Shown here: one piece after another, positions 24,470-39,070 of the stretch
Layout of the letters: each line of letters starts with the position of its first letter
How positions within the stretch are numbered: the stretch's first letter is position 1
From: Camelus dromedarius
Taxonomy: Eukaryota
Reading direction: 5' to 3'
Assembly: GCF_036321535.1 (NCBI RefSeq)
Contig: NC_087437.1
Location: 30,444,001-30,508,000, forward strand
Length of the DNA: 64,000 bases
Made by a program: the position numbers and the translations under genes
The notes under the pieces: generated by a model
Told to the model about the DNA's origin: nothing
Seen by the model: only the letters and a program-made list of their open reading frames with translations
Databases searched by the model: none

Positions 24470-26829
24470 ATGTCATTCTTAATGTGATGCTCCTATTGCT
24501 GGAGTCTGTGGCCTCAGCAATCTCCACTAACACAGAAACAAAAGGTGTCATTACTTCAGATTGACGTTTATTGACCGATTTGGAAGGTTTTGCCATCCCA
24601 CTAGCCATTGCTTCAGAGAGATGCCTTGGATATGAGAGAGAATTAGCTGCACAGACCTGATGGATTCCAGCATTCTTTTAAAATAAAAAACAAATTAACT
24701 CATTGCTGAGTAATAACAAAGGGTTGAATACCAGGACTGTGCAGTCACAGTGACAGGGGTTCAAATCTATGCTCCTCTAACTAATATCTGTGGGACTTGG
24801 GGGCAGGTTACTGTCAGAAAAAGTCTCCACAAACTTAGGAAAAAGGCAAAAGTGGATGCAGATCCTTTCAGTATAGTATGGGGACAAAAGTCACCTGAGA
24901 ATGATCAAGACCTGCACTCAGTTCAGCTCATTTTTACTACTGATTAAAGTTCCCATACTGGAAGAATTTACTTGCAAACTTGTAAATTTTTGTCCAGTAG
25001 AGATGCACACAATTTCCATGCAATGGAACAGATAACCCCGAATACCAAGGGCCAGGTGGACATTAAACAGCTCTATGTCTAGCTCAGCCATCTCATCCTG
25101 ACAATCCTTTGTTAAGATTTGTTGCTGACAAATACACTAGCTTCTTAAAAGCTCTTTGAACTGATCACAACATCTTCTTCCCCTTTTGAATGAATTCAAT
25201 AAAGTATTTGATACTTTGTCCTTTTTATATTTGCCAGAGAGTCCTGATATTACCTTTTTTGAAAATCACACTTAACGTGACTTAACTTAACGTGGCCTGT
25301 TTCTTGTCTATAAAATCGAGATTTAAATAAGACCTACATTTTTAGGGTTGCTGTGAGAACCGAGTGGCAAGGTAAGTCAGGCCCTCAGCACGGGAATCTG
25401 TTGCCAAGGAAATGCACCTGAGACCTTGAGCTTTTGAGCTTTGCACCTGAGTTTCTAAAGAGGTTATTAAGGCAGCTGGAATCAGGGATGTGGTCCAGTT
25501 CCTCGCTGGTTGGCTTCTGCTCCTTTCCTAAAACACTCACAGAGGACAAACTTGCCTAAAATGACTTTTCTGCTTCTATAATCACATTCTTCAAAATCTT
25601 ATTTGCTGACCCTCTGCTAATTATACACCTCATGGAAACAGTGTCCAGTGGGAACTATGTGTAAGAGCTGGGTGACCTTCATCACTGAAAGCTTTCCAGT
25701 GCTGGTTTCCAAGAGGGCTCAGGCAGGTGAAAGGTTTCAAAAGCCCATGATATTGTCGATGAAGAAAATTTAAACCAAAAGACAAACAAGTTTTTCTCAG
25801 AAATTTTGCATTAGCATTTCCATATTTCAAATGGTAATCTTTCAAGAGGCAAAAGGGTGGCATCAAATACTATACTTTCAATGAAGGAAGGATGACGCAA
25901 TGTATTCAGCTGTAAACACATTCTGTAAACTGTTTTCTTTAATGCTTTCCCTTCCCTGAGAACTCTCAAAACTACAGAATCCTCATATATTTGAACTTCT
26001 GGTATTTCCTTTTTGCCACCAAAATATATACACTCTTTTCCTACCTCCACGCTCCAAATAAAAAGAGCCCCATAATTCCCCATCAGTCTCAGTACATCTT
26101 TAAGGTTGAGGAAGTCTGGCTGTTTCTCTCCACAAGGAACCAAAGTGGACTCCTGCTGAGAGCTGGGCTAAGTCCCCAGGAGCCCGCATTTTCCCAAACT
26201 CTCTCTGTAGAACAACAGATCGATGCTGCTCCCAAAACACTTGCTGCACGAAATCTTGGAGAAATATAAATGTAGGGCTGAGTAGCACCAAACCACGGAA
26301 GACAAAGAGTTAAATAATAGTACTTGATGAACTGCTCAGAACTCCTGAATAAACAGATCTGAATATTCAAGCCATTAGGTATAAAAGAGCAACGTAACCA
26401 AAAACTCGAAGGCATAAATATCACCATGCTTGAAGAACAGAGCCACCCTTGGCCGCCACAACATACCCTCTGGAACAGTGACTGTGTTCTTCTCCTAGAC
26501 CTTTGCACATGTGCAGTCCCTGAGGACCAGGTCTCCCCTTGCTAGTCTACGTGGTTCCTTAATGAGAAAACATCCGCCCAGCAGAGAGCTCTCTTGGGAA
26601 GTGGTGCCAACTTTCCATGCGACCTCACAAGCCAGGACACAAGGATACACTAAAGAACCTAGGAGATTCACCTCAGGAGCTATTCTGTTCCCTACAACCA
26701 ACCCCTTCCTACCAGCATTCTGGTTCTTGAAACCATCATAACAGGAGACAGAAATCTTTCATCCTACAAAGTTGTTACCTAAAGATATGCAGTTTTATCT
26801 TTATTGCATTCTAAATTTCTCTGCACATT

Positions 26830-28460
26830 TGACCCTGTTGTTCCCACACTTAAATACGAAAATTTCAAGCATATGTCAATGTTGAGATAATTCTACATAA
26901 TTACAAATTTTTTCATTTATGCAACCCGCTAGCTGTCATCAATTCTCATTTTCCGATTTTTCCCATTTTCTGATTTGTCTTAAAATAAATTGCAGATATC
27001 AGCACAATTTCCTCCAAATACTTGAGTATGCATGTCATAGGACTAGAGTCCAGTAAGTTTTAATAGATTTTTCTTTCAAAATAAACTTTACATATGATGA
27101 AATGTATGGACCTTAACTGTACATTCACTGAGTTTTGACAAATGCATATACCTTTGTAACCCATGCTTCCATCAAGATGTATCTTGGAATCATATCTATT
27201 TCTGGACTTGCTAGTTTTTACTAATGATCTGCTTATTCATATCCTAGTAACAATCTGTTTTAAAATCTGCATGCCTTGTGCCCCTTCATTATTCTTATTT
27301 TCAGAATTATTTTGATTACTTTCACATGTTTCATTTTCCTCTTGAATTTTCAAATCACTTAGTTCAAAAAAAGAAGGAAAGGAAAGAGAGAGGAGAGGGA
27401 AGGGAAGGAAAAACTTCTGTTGTTATTTTTAATTGACTTGCATTAAGTAGAGTGATTAATTTAGGGATATGAGAAACATTGTAATATTCAGCCTACTCTT
27501 CCAAGAACGCCAGATACTTTTTCATTTAGTCAAGACTTTTTGTGTGTGTTAGAATTTTCCTCATAAAATTCTTGCACATTTCTTAAGTTCATTCTTTTTT
27601 AAAAAGTAGTTCTTGGTTGTTATTGTAAATATGTTTTTCCCATGACACATTTTTGTATGAACTGTATACAACTTACCAAATTTGCTTAGGGTCAATAGGA
27701 ACTTTTCAGTTGATTCTCTTAGATTTTGATACATAAACCATTGCCTAAAGTAATTTTACCTCTTCCTTTTCAATTTCTGTCTCCAACTTTTCCCCTTACA
27801 TTTATATTTGCATCAGAGCAATGCTTTCTTTCATTAGGGAAGCATTAGTGATTTTAATAACTTTCATCTATCTCTTGTATCGTAAATGAACTCTGAATAT
27901 AGTAAATGGCTTTCCTCTATGAGGGATGGTTTTAGCAATTTACATTTTCCTAAAAATTATTCCACTTCACCTCAGTATTGAGATGAACAAGAGCTAATTA
28001 TTTCCATTTCCTCTGTCTCTGTGGTCATTTACCCACTCTTATTTCTTATTATGTATAATTGTGCTTTTCTCATTTTAACTAGTTTTTCCAAGAACCAGAA
28101 TTTATTTTTCAGGTTTCCAGTTTTCCTGTTTTGCATTTTATTAATTTGTGCTTTTAAAATTATTAATTATTATTTATTAACCTATTAATCATTTCCTTTA
28201 ACTTTTCTTTATGTTTATCTTATTCCTTGTCTAATTTTTAAGCTGATGCTTAAATTCATTAATTTTTCTCCATCTATAGAAACATTTAAGTTCACATGTT
28301 TTTCCTATAAACATAGTTTTAGCTGTATCTCATGGGTTCTGACATGTAATGTTTTAATTAATGATATTTTCTAAATATTCTGACATTTTACTTTGATTTT
28401 CTCTTTGACCAAGAATTGTTTGAGAGAATTTTTAAATTCCCAGGTGGTATTTTGCTTTTA
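26830..28460 (-). mobile_element. Highly decayed L1M fragments
   Basis: T-rich tract with L1 3' motifs (gagttttgacaaatgcatatacctttgtaacc) and antisense ORF2-like segments. Confidence 0.55.
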
Positions 28461-31400
28461 AATATCACACAGTGACACTTTTTGTAGGACAAAGACTTTA
28501 ATGTCTTATGTCTGTGTTCAGGGAGTTTTATTTCCCATATGTTGAAATTTTCTCCTACAAAATACTCCTATTTAATACATGCATATGTGTATGTGTGTGT
28601 GTGTGTATATATACTTAAATACATTTTAACTAACGTATTAATTACTATGTGCTAGCATTTTGTGACCTCAATACAATGATTAGTTTTTTCCTTAATTATT
28701 CTCCTTCATTATAGAAGACTACATCTCAGAGAGATTAAGCAACTTGTCGAACACCACACAGTGACTCTCAGAGTCAAAGTCGTAGAGTGTGGATGCTTGC
28801 CAGGTATGGCTGATTCCAAAGATGACACAATTCTACCTTCCCAGACTGCATCACTAAAACCATATGAGAAAGCAAAGTACAAACTGCACACCATCTCTAG
28901 GAAATATATACAAAACACGGCACCTCAGTATAGAATCCTTTAGGATGTTAGGAATGCCTGATGAGGAAGGTAGATTTGTTAACTCACATTTTTGAAAGCT
29001 CAGGGCTCTCACAGATGTCAGCAGCAGAGAGAGCACCAGTAGAACCATTCTGCTCTTGGAGCCCTTTCAGATGGTAAGGTATTCCTTTCAGTGTTTCACT
29101 CTCACCATCAGGAAATTCCTCTTCATACCAACCTAATTATTTCATGCTGAGGCTTAGCTCTCTGGGATTCTTCAGAAATGGAGAACAGCTGGTCCCTATT
29201 CTCTATGTAATAGCCTCTCATAAACTTCAAGCCTTCCATAGTAATTGTCTTGGAGATAAATATGCCTAATCTCTAAATCTGATCTTTTTCCAGAAATATT
29301 TTCTAAAAGTGTGAGTATTTTTATGCCAGGGGAGGAGGACGCTGTTTATGTGGCCTACATAAAGTTGCTGTTGAGCTGTCTTGACCGTAAGGGGATCCTG
29401 CATGGCGAAGTGATTGTAATGTGACTGTTCTACAGTATCTACAAATCTAGTCTGTGCACGCCTCCTGAGGCCTTTCAATCTGGGTCAGGAGAGTCCGGAC
29501 ACTCGCCATCCATCTCTCACACTCAAAGTGCTGAGGAAAATCAGCACTGCATGTGTCCAAGGGAGATATGAAAAGCATATAAGCAGAGGAATTTGAGAGG
29601 TTTGCAGTGTTTTCTGTGAAGTGCACTTATTTTTATTTTTTTAAATCAGGAAGAATTATTTGAAAGCAGAAAGAAAATAAAAGGAATACCCGGGTCTGTA
29701 ATAACAGAGTTAAAAAAACCCACATTTTTTAAGTAAAGAAAAAGTCTGCCAGAGTCTCTTCCCTTTTCAAAATTATAGAATGATTTCTGAGACACAGGCA
29801 TCTCTAGAAATCAGAAGGTAACAACAGAAATTTAGTCTGTTACTGACAGAACAAAAAAGTTGGAGGGATTTATTGGGACTGAGTTACTGTATATAAGAAA
29901 ATATAATTATAAATGTGATTTTTATAAAGATAAAATCATCAATACCTATAGTATAGTGCTTGAAAGAATAAATTAACTCTATATAATGTATCACGAATAC
30001 ATATTAGTGGTAACAATTACCAAGAGCTTTACTAGGTGCCAGGCATTGTTTTAGGCACATGGCACATATTAATATTTAATTCTCTAATAAACTATAATGA
30101 GATAGAATCAGAAAAGAATATATATATATATATACCAAATCACTTTCCTGCATACCTGAAACTAACACAATATTGTAAATCAACTATACTTCAATAAAAA
30201 AATTAAGTCTCACAACACCTTATCAAATAGTTTCTTGTCCAGTTTTTACAGTTAAGAAAACTGAGGCAAAGGAGGTTAAATTACCATATGGTGAAAGTCG
30301 CACTGGAGGTACATGGCAGATCTTGAATCCTAACACCAGGGTCTGACCCAAGGGTTTTCAATTACTCTGCTCTACTCATATAATTTAACCAAGGACTGAG
30401 CTGTTGAATCCACCAATTCAGCAAAACTAACCATTCCCAAGCATTCAGAGAAAAGAATTTCAATTGCAATGTTCTCTTGTGCTCCGATCACAGGTATGAT
30501 TAAGAACATCATACCTGTGGTTGGATTTTAAAAGAGGACCTCCGTCAGATAGGCTGGTGGTTCAGATGGAGGTATTCTTTTAACCGTCTCCACCAGAATG
30601 CACTTGGATTTAATACACTCCAACCCCAATGTTTCTACTTTGAACTTCAAGTCACTCCAGTGTCTCCATCTTTTCATGGAATTGTCTAAGTATTATTTAT
30701 GTCTGCATCTGTCTCCACCTCTGGATGACAAGTTCCTAAAAAAGCAAGGACTCTGCCTTGTTTTTGCTTGTATTATCAAGCATCCAACTCTCTGTAGTGT
30801 TCCTCCATAACAAGCAGAAGCCAATGCAGGGTGTACCCAAACACAAGTTCGCCTTGAGAGCAAAGTTCCTTAAACATAGAAGGGCAGAAGTGTCTGGTGT
30901 GAAACATCAGATGCTAGGTACTCTAGAGACCTCAGGATGCCTATGCTGAAACCAGGTAAGTTGTCCAAACACTATATTGCCTAGTGCAGAGTTTGAGATG
31001 GAAAAGAGGAAATGAACACAGCAGGACAGAAACGAAGCATGGGGAAAATGGGTTAAGACTAAGGAGTGTCAAAGTAAAACCAGACTTTAGTACATCAGCA
31101 GACAAACATCCATCTCATTCAGTCCCCACAGTAAAGTCTTTTAAATGTCACCAGCTGCATTCTGGCTATGTGGCCAGCTTGGTCTATACAGAGATATGTA
31201 TTCTATTATTTTGATACTTATTTCTATTTCATAAAAATGAGTGGAAATGGAAAACTGCAATACATCTTATTATACAAACAAAAGCACAGGTCTTATAAAA
31301 TTGCTACACACATGAAAGTGCTATGTGCCATAAGCGATAACTTGAGCTTCAACCTACAGTTCATTGGGTGTTATTTACGCTGGTCAAGTATGGGTTCAAC

Positions 31401-31652
31401 TGTGAAGGAAAAACGCAAAGTTTAAAAATGTAAAAGTTGCTGCAATAACATCTTTATAATGTGCTACTGGAGGCTATGTTTATTTAAAAATTTTTACTTT
31501 CCTTTTATTTCTCTTATATAACAGAACTCTTTATAATATGTAAATATGCTGTTCACCTTTCAGACTTTTGACTTCAGATTTTTCAGAAACTCGTTATATA
31601 AAAATGTAGAGAACGCTCTGTGTTTTAAAAATAGCAACATGACTACATCAGA

Positions 31653-31854
31653 CCAGCAGTCCTCAACCAGGGGCAAAGGGGACACCTGTAATGTCTAGAG
31701 ACATTTTTTATTGTCACGGCTGGAGGGGGGGGGGCACTAATGGCACCCAAGTAGAGACCAGGGACGTGGCTACACGTCCTGTAACTAACGCAGAGTCCCC
31801 ACAACAAAGATTTATCTAGTCCAGTAAGTTAATAGTGCAAGATAGAGAAATCCT
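31653..31854. mobile_element. MER20 hAT-Charlie element
   Basis: cagcagtcctcaaccagggg...aatgtctagagacattttt...ccccacaacaaagatttatc...gagaaatcctg. Confidence 0.8.
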
Positions 31855-31919
31855 GGCTTAGGGTAGGAAAAGAGCTGTAAAAAACAGCCACCCTCCTGTC
31901 TCTGTGACTTATACACCTA

Positions 31920-32268
31920 AGGTGTGCTGGCTCTGCCACAGTCCAGTGTGGGCTGGTGGTGGAGGGGCAGGGGGTCTGCTCCTTACAGGCATTGCGCCAG
32001 TAATTACAGCCACCTACTCCGAGGCTTCAAAATCTTCCACTAGATCTTAACGGGAGGCGAAGTAAGAAAAAGAGCCTTTACAGACATATATGGGAGACCT
32101 TACGCGCTCTTCCTAAAGGTGATGGGTGTCAATCTACCCAGGTTCCACTGGCCAGAACTCCATCATGTGTCTGGATCAAATGCCAAGGGAGGCCAGGAAA
32201 TGTAGTCTAGCCGTGTGTTTAAAAAGTGGAAATAAGTTTGATGAGTACCTCCCCAGTCTCTGCCACCA
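31920..32268 (-). mobile_element. Old MLT1 (J/K-like) LTR fragment
   Basis: ccactggccagaact...caagggaggccaggaaatgtagtct...agtctctgccac. Confidence 0.6.
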
Positions 32269-34479
32269 TGTCTAGTTAACTTTGCAACTAACAAAATGTT
32301 TTGCTCATGGGTACTTAACAAATTAATAATATTAACCAATACAAAAAATCTGTATTAATACAAAGCAGTATTTCCTTTTAAAAATAGGAACTAGAAGAAT
32401 CTGAAACTAACATCTAATATGAGGACAATCTGCAAATTTTAAACAATGTATGTCACACTATAATAAAATTCAATGGTTAGCTAACCAGATTTTTAAGCAT
32501 TGCTTCTAAAATAGAAGTGTATGTATTACTCAATATTTATTTTGTATCTTAGACTTTTCATACTCTTATCTATATTAGCTAATGTAACTTATGTTTCTCT
32601 TCTAATTCATTTTTTAAGATGTCTTCTTTCTGAATTCTTTAATTGCTTGAATTTTTAAATTATGCAACATTTACACAAATAACAAAATCATTATTCTTAA
32701 AAAATTAATGTAAAATCAAGTATTGGCTTTCTCCACCATTCTAACAAGGAAGAGAGACAGAACAGCTACAATGATCAACAGCATAATATTTTAATCCAAC
32801 CTTTTGACATCTTTAAAGAGATATTTTTAAAGCAGTTACTTCCATATGCTTCCTTTAAAAAGGAAAAAAGGAAAAGAAAGGCTAACTTAAAAAAATTACG
32901 GGTCTCACACACCATACCCCAAATGTCAGCAATCTGGAATTTTCTAAGCCCAATCAAATGTTTATTTCTATAAGGGAGAAAAATAAATTTTAAGACCATC
33001 ACTAGGCAAATTAAATTACCAGGCCACCATCTTTTCAACTGCCTATTTTAACATTGTTCTGAAACTATTCGAGTTAGTTTAGCAATGAATAGCATATTCT
33101 TAAAAAAAAAAAAGTTTCCACAATTTTTGATACTTTTCTCTTCATTCCTTTCCGAATGCCAAAGTTCCTCTTACTGACGGATTGCTTATGATATGCTAAG
33201 GAGTCCATCACCAGCAAAAAGGGAGAGAAAGAAAGTGGCTGCAATGAAACTGCTGTATTCCATCATGGAGGTGAAAAATGCAGGGTGCCTCATAAATATT
33301 TCTTACAGGGATGGAAGTATTCATGGCTTGGAAACCTCCGGCTATAAAAATGCATTCGAGTTTATTCTATGCTATCAAGTAGCCTTTTGTTAAAGTAGAG
33401 TTTTATGGGTAGGTTGTTACTAGGAAATCTGCCTTTAGAACATTAGTAATGCAATAAATTCCATCCAGTCCATCTCGGCTATTTCGGGTAGAACTATGTC
33501 TAAATGAGCCAACTGCATTTCACCAAAGGTATTATATTCTATTCAGAGGCTTATATGTGATCTTCTTGGTCCTTGTCTTTTTGAGATTATTAATGGCAGG
33601 AATAGTCATTAATGGCAGGGGGTTCTTTCATTTAGAGAATTTCAGTCAAAAGATGGCATAAAAAGTTCACTGAACAAGAATGTGTAGTTAAACCAAGTAA
33701 CTGAACGGATCTTTACTGCTACTGAGTCACACTGCACTGCAGCTCATGAAAACAGCACATGAAATCCATGAAGATATTTTCCTGTCTGAAATCCCTTACA
33801 TATGAAGTTTAGAATAGGTTCTTTCAAATTTGTACGGGCACTATGTAATCATAGTTCTTTGGCTCTATCATGTGTGTCTGTTTTGTTTCCAAGTGAGACT
33901 GACAGTTGATATAAAGGATTGCTTATTCTCAAGAGGCATTCAGCTCTGGAGTCAGAAATCCTGAGTTTCAATAATGGCTCTGCCACTTATCATCTGTGTG
34001 TCCTTGGACAAGTTACAGAGCAATCCTGTGCCTCACTGTTCTGCTCTGACAGAGGAGGACAAGAAAAATATCTGTTCTGTGAGGATCAAACAAGTGTTGG
34101 CTCCAATTATCATTATTCTCCTTCTGTATGTTCTTGCCCACAGCACCCTGCAGAGAAAGGGCACCACAGGAGGCACTCGGTTTTATCTACTGGATAAATT
34201 GGCCATAGTAGATTTTATATAGTTATAGAGGCATATAGTAGTAGCCATGTATAGACAGGGGGCATAGGGGAGGCAGGGACTGGGAGTCTGAGAGAACCAG
34301 AAATCCAGTTCATTTGAAATATGCCCTTTGCTAAGTAATGAAGTCTTGGTTTTTCCATCTGTAAAATGGTGCCGAGAAAACGATCTTAAATGATTACACT
34401 GGATTTGGAAACAATATATGGTGAGCATTAGCAAAATACCTGGCACTCAAAGACGGTAGCTATTACTAATACTATGATC

Positions 34480-35264
34480 TGTGTCTACTCCCAGAGCACC
34501 TTTGACACCAAATGTGTGAGGGTTTTTCCCCACATCAACCAATTGTCCAACTCTCGTGTCTTACAGTTCAGTTCTAACACTCACTTACCTGGAGTCAGTG
34601 CAGACCCCACAGGTTAAGGGCTCAGTCCTACAAGATTGTTCCCCCTTCAGGTGCCAATTGCAAGTCTGGACTTCGTGCACTTCTGATTAACTGGCTATAA
34701 ATTGAGGGTTCCCATCACCCTCAAGTTTGCTAATTTTCTAGAATGGCTAACACAATTCAGGAAAACAATTTACTCACTATTACTGGTTTATTAGCAATCT
34801 TATAATTCAGGAGCAGCCAAACAGAAGAGGTGCACAGAGCAAGGTATGGAAGGCACACGGAGTCTCCACACCCTTTCTTGGGTCCTGTAAGCACATTGAT
34901 GTATTCACCAACCCGGAAGCTCTCTGAATTCCATTGTTTAGAATTTTAACGAAGTTCTTATTACTTCATACATAGACATGATTGATTAAAGCACTGGCCA
35001 ACGGTGATCAGTTCAATCTTCAGCCTTTCACCCCTCTCTGGTGGTAGGGCTGAAAGTTGGTTTCTCTGGCAACCAGAACCCATCCTCCAAGAATCACCCC
35101 ATTAGCATCCTCATTAGCATAAACTCAGGTATGGTTGAAAAAAGGCTAGTTATGAATGCCAAAGATGTTCCCCTCACCCCTATCACTCAGGAAATTATAA
35201 GGGTTTTAGGAGCTCTGTGCCAGGAACTGGAGAAGATGACCAAACACATTTCTTATTATATCAC
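34480..35264 (-). mobile_element. MER21-like ERV LTR
   Basis: gcagaccccacaggttaagggctcagtcctacaaga, ctcattagcataaactcaggtatggttgaaa and terminal tatatcaca. Confidence 0.8.
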
Positions 35265-36210
35265 AGTATCACTGTAATATGTGTAGGATGATGCTAAAAA
35301 AAAAAGGTGCCTTGCAAGTGACATGGATGGAGAGACAGAAATCACAGGACTACTGTGGCTCACAGTCTGTGGGAAGTAGGATTTTTAAAAGATGATGGAA
35401 TAGATCATTTTATGCACAAGCATTGTCAAATGGCAAAACTAAAACAATTTGGTAACGAGTTTGATGCCCTTTATTCAAGAGAAAGCAGTCCACGGATTGA
35501 GGGACCACAGTGTCACATAAGCAGTGGGACATTCCTCCTGGGGACTTTGGGCAAGAGTGAGTTTTATAGAGCATTAGAAGCAGCAACGAGGAGACAGGGC
35601 TAATTGGCTGGGGTTGCATATCTGACCTTATCCAGAAAGACCAAAGAACAAGGAAATAAGGATAAAGCCCAGAGTTAGGTTGGCATCTGGGGACTGGCTG
35701 ACTGGATATACTGTTTCTGGTCAAGCAAAGCATTTACAGGAATGGAACAGTGCAGGTGCTGACATAGCACCGTGAGCAGGAGCAGATCCATCCTGGGCCG
35801 AGAAATCCACCTCAATGGCATAAATTTTCAAAAGTGAACTCCAAATAAGTAGAAAGCATAGCTATAGATCCATAACCTAGTGCAGTAAACCATGGCCAGG
35901 CCTGTTTTATCAAGCTCTTAAGTAGGTACAGTAGCACAGTAAGAAATTAGAAATAAGGTCATATAAGATGCTTTGTAATTGTTAGGTACCTCAGTGGTAC
36001 AAAGTGGGACTCAAAAAAATTAAAATAAATCTGGAACCCAGAAGATGGGTCTGAGTAACATGGTTTAAGAAAAATAGAAATTCACTGTTTTAGTACAACC
36101 CCCTGAGACCCCGCCTACACTCCCGCAGCACAGGAGGTGGTATCAGGAAGTCAGCGGCCAAGGGTGACTTCTCCAACCTGACAGACCCCTGCCTCCACGT
36201 GGATGGCTGA

Positions 36211-36228
36211 GGCCACCAGAGGGCAGCA
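36211..36228 (+). promoter_or_regulatory. CTCF motif
   Basis: GGCCACCAGAGGGCAGCA is a near-consensus CTCF core, outside any repeat I could recognise. Confidence 0.7.
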
Positions 36229-38624
36229 TGCCTCCATGGGGAACAAGGGTGGTGCCCCTAAGCCCAGTCCACTCACACCACCCTGAATCTTTCGCCTCCT
36301 TGTATCCTCTGAATTGCTTGTTTGCTGGTTAGGAGGTCAGTCAAAAAAGTGATGTTTCTCAAGATAGCTGCAAGAAGGAGAAGACAAAGAAGGAGAAGGA
36401 AAGGGAGGAGGGGTAAGAAAAGAAAAGTTGTGTTGCTCAATAAATAATTCTCCTTGATCCTCAAATATGGGCTGACTCAACTGGCCCACCTTATCAGAGA
36501 AGAAACTGAAAGGTATAAATTATTTGCATGTTTGTAGTGACTTTCAAAGCACTGGATAAAAAAAAAAAATCTAAAGTTTCCAGTTCATTTTACAAAGCTA
36601 GAAAAGCTGTAAAAAATATTATAATCAAAAGCAGAATGATAGGTCAGCATTTCCAAAACTGACCCACGGATCCCTTTCTAATACATATTAATGAATGGTG
36701 CACACACAGAAAAAATTCTGTGATCAAACAACTTAGATCAGTGCTCCATATGCTATTCCTTTCTCAAAGACTCATAACACATTTTCATATAAAAGGCTCT
36801 AAGAAGTTCTACAGTAAAGAAATCAATTTAACCAAGAATTTCCCAAATGTATTTGACTGTAAGCAATCACTCCCTTTTCTGTGACGCAAAACCTTTTCTA
36901 AAGCAAGGAAGCCAAGAGACACTAAAACAATGATGACAAGTCAATTTGGAAACATAGCAGACTTCATCAGGACAGCAGACACAGACCACAGCCCCTGCTC
37001 CAGATGTTAATAATGGATCGGTAATACTTCATAAGTCTGACAAATACGCGATTCTCCATTTGTACATTTACACATTAAATTAGTACTTAGATCTTTCAAA
37101 GGACATTTTATTCCCTTAAATATCAGCATCAGTGCAATTTGTTTCTCTATTTGGTTTTTCTTCATTGGCTTTGAGAGGCACAAGTGAAATGTGGAAGAAT
37201 CAGAATTAGCCCCAGAGAAAAGGTTTGACCAATTGGAAATTATTTTCTGGAACGTGTACTCAGAGTCTTCTGTACCTTGACACTCAAGTAGAAAGACATG
37301 GATGGAAAAGAATGGGCTTCCAAGACAGGTTGTGGGAGCCCAGTGTAATTTTTTTTATGAGACTATTCTCTAACCCTATAAATAGCATGTCTCACATGCT
37401 ATTAGAACCTTGGCTCCGTCCCGCCATGCACAGAGCCACAATGCCTCTCTGCTGGCTCTGTGTCGGCAGGGCAGGCTGTAACTGGAAAGGCTTTATATAG
37501 CCTTCATGGGGGATGCAAATGATACAGCGTCCTTGCCCCAGCCTGAACAGCTCCACGGCTCTCATAATACCAATCCACACAGATCGCTGGTATTTGACAA
37601 AGGAGAGCATCCATTATGCAAAATGTATTAGGCTATGAACACCTTGGGCTTGGAATAAACCGAATTTTAAAATGTCGAGTATTACATTCCATGCATAAAA
37701 ACTTGGAGAGCTTCAGCCTAAAATAAATTCTTGAATGTATCTTGATTTCAGTACTGAAAAGTCAGAATTTTGTTTCATAAGATATTATAAAATTTTGAAT
37801 TCCTCTATTTATTAGAGAATTAAAATTTCTAAGTGTCATATATATTTGTGATGTACATCAATCAAGATTTCTAGGTGTCACTTTTATATAAAGTCTATGT
37901 TTTGTTTAATAATTTCTAAATTTAGCAAGAGATTATAATACTAAAAATCCAACATTTTCTTTAAGAGGCAGATATCAATAGTGTCAATTGAGTATCTCTT
38001 TGGCTTGGTTAAAACGCAGATGAAATTATGACCTCCCCACCCAGAAAAATCCCTAAATATTTCAAAAATTGACTTTTCGTACAAAGCGTAGGGCATAGGC
38101 ACATGGACTGGTACTAATTAGTCGTTAGGCGGTCTCTCTGAAATTTTCACGTTTTTTATGGTTATGACTTGAGTCATAGCAATGAAAAAAATAAATAATC
38201 ACAAGAAAAAAATCTGGTTATGTATATGGTTCAGCTACATCATTTCTTATACCAAGTATTTTAATTTTTCTTTCTAATGATGAAAAAGGCTAGTAGATAA
38301 ATCATATAAAAACACTATAAAAAGAGGTAGTGATTATTACACTGAGCAGTCTTGTAATTTTTAAAAGACTGCTCCAATATATCAAAAGAGGGAATGAGGC
38401 TTTAAGCATACTTGCAATAAATAAAAGGAGTCATTTTTCCTCTAGAATCATAAAATCACATCATTAAAAAAAAAAGCTACTAGACACTAAAGTGAAAAAT
38501 ACAAACACTGAATTTAACACGTTAAATTTCCAGGCAGCCAGTATTAACTTTTCCAGAAGAGTTCATCTAGCCAGGATTCAATGTAGACACTGGGGAAATT
38601 CATGCCATTGAATGGAAAAAGGTC

Positions 38625-39070
38625 CTGTCTCTGGTGGGTTCCAGGGAGACTGTGAGGCTGGGATTGGTGTGCAGGAGCCTTACTGGGGGGCAGAAGCAGG
38701 AGGTGGGGTCTGAGAAACAGACCCAGGAGGTAGAAAGGGATGTGGGACTGGGTAGAGGGGAAAACTGAACTGTGATGTGGCTGTGATCAAAGTCACAGTC
38801 ACTTCAGTGAGTCCTGTAGGAAATCCTATGGAGCTGAGGTGGCCCTTTACAGCTGTGCGAACTTGAGGTTAAGGGAGTCAAGCCTTTGTACCTCCACACT
38901 GACTGGTTTTTGGAGGTAGACTACCCTAGGGAGGAAATGGAACCTGGTGCAAGATCACCTGCTTTGGCCAAGAGCAATGCCTGGGGAAGGACTCAGCTGT
39001 GAATTAGCAGCATGCAATACTCAGGGCAGCTGCTGGTGGGAAGGGTTCCCAAGTCTTGCAGGAAGCAGCC
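38625..39070. mobile_element. Old ERVL-class solo LTR (LTR41/LTR33-like)
   Basis: G-rich segment with ggagctgaggtggcccttt and gaaggactcagctgtga...cagggcagctg; family uncertain. Confidence 0.5.

Noticed and set aside
25630..26508. Overlapping minus-strand ORFs (78-139 aa) with faintly kinase-like words (LRHPSF, GLNFLHRQYHGLLKP)
   Set aside because: The words are in different frames, there are no other kinase motifs or convincing splice structure, and I recognise no homolog. Probably chance; blastx would settle it.
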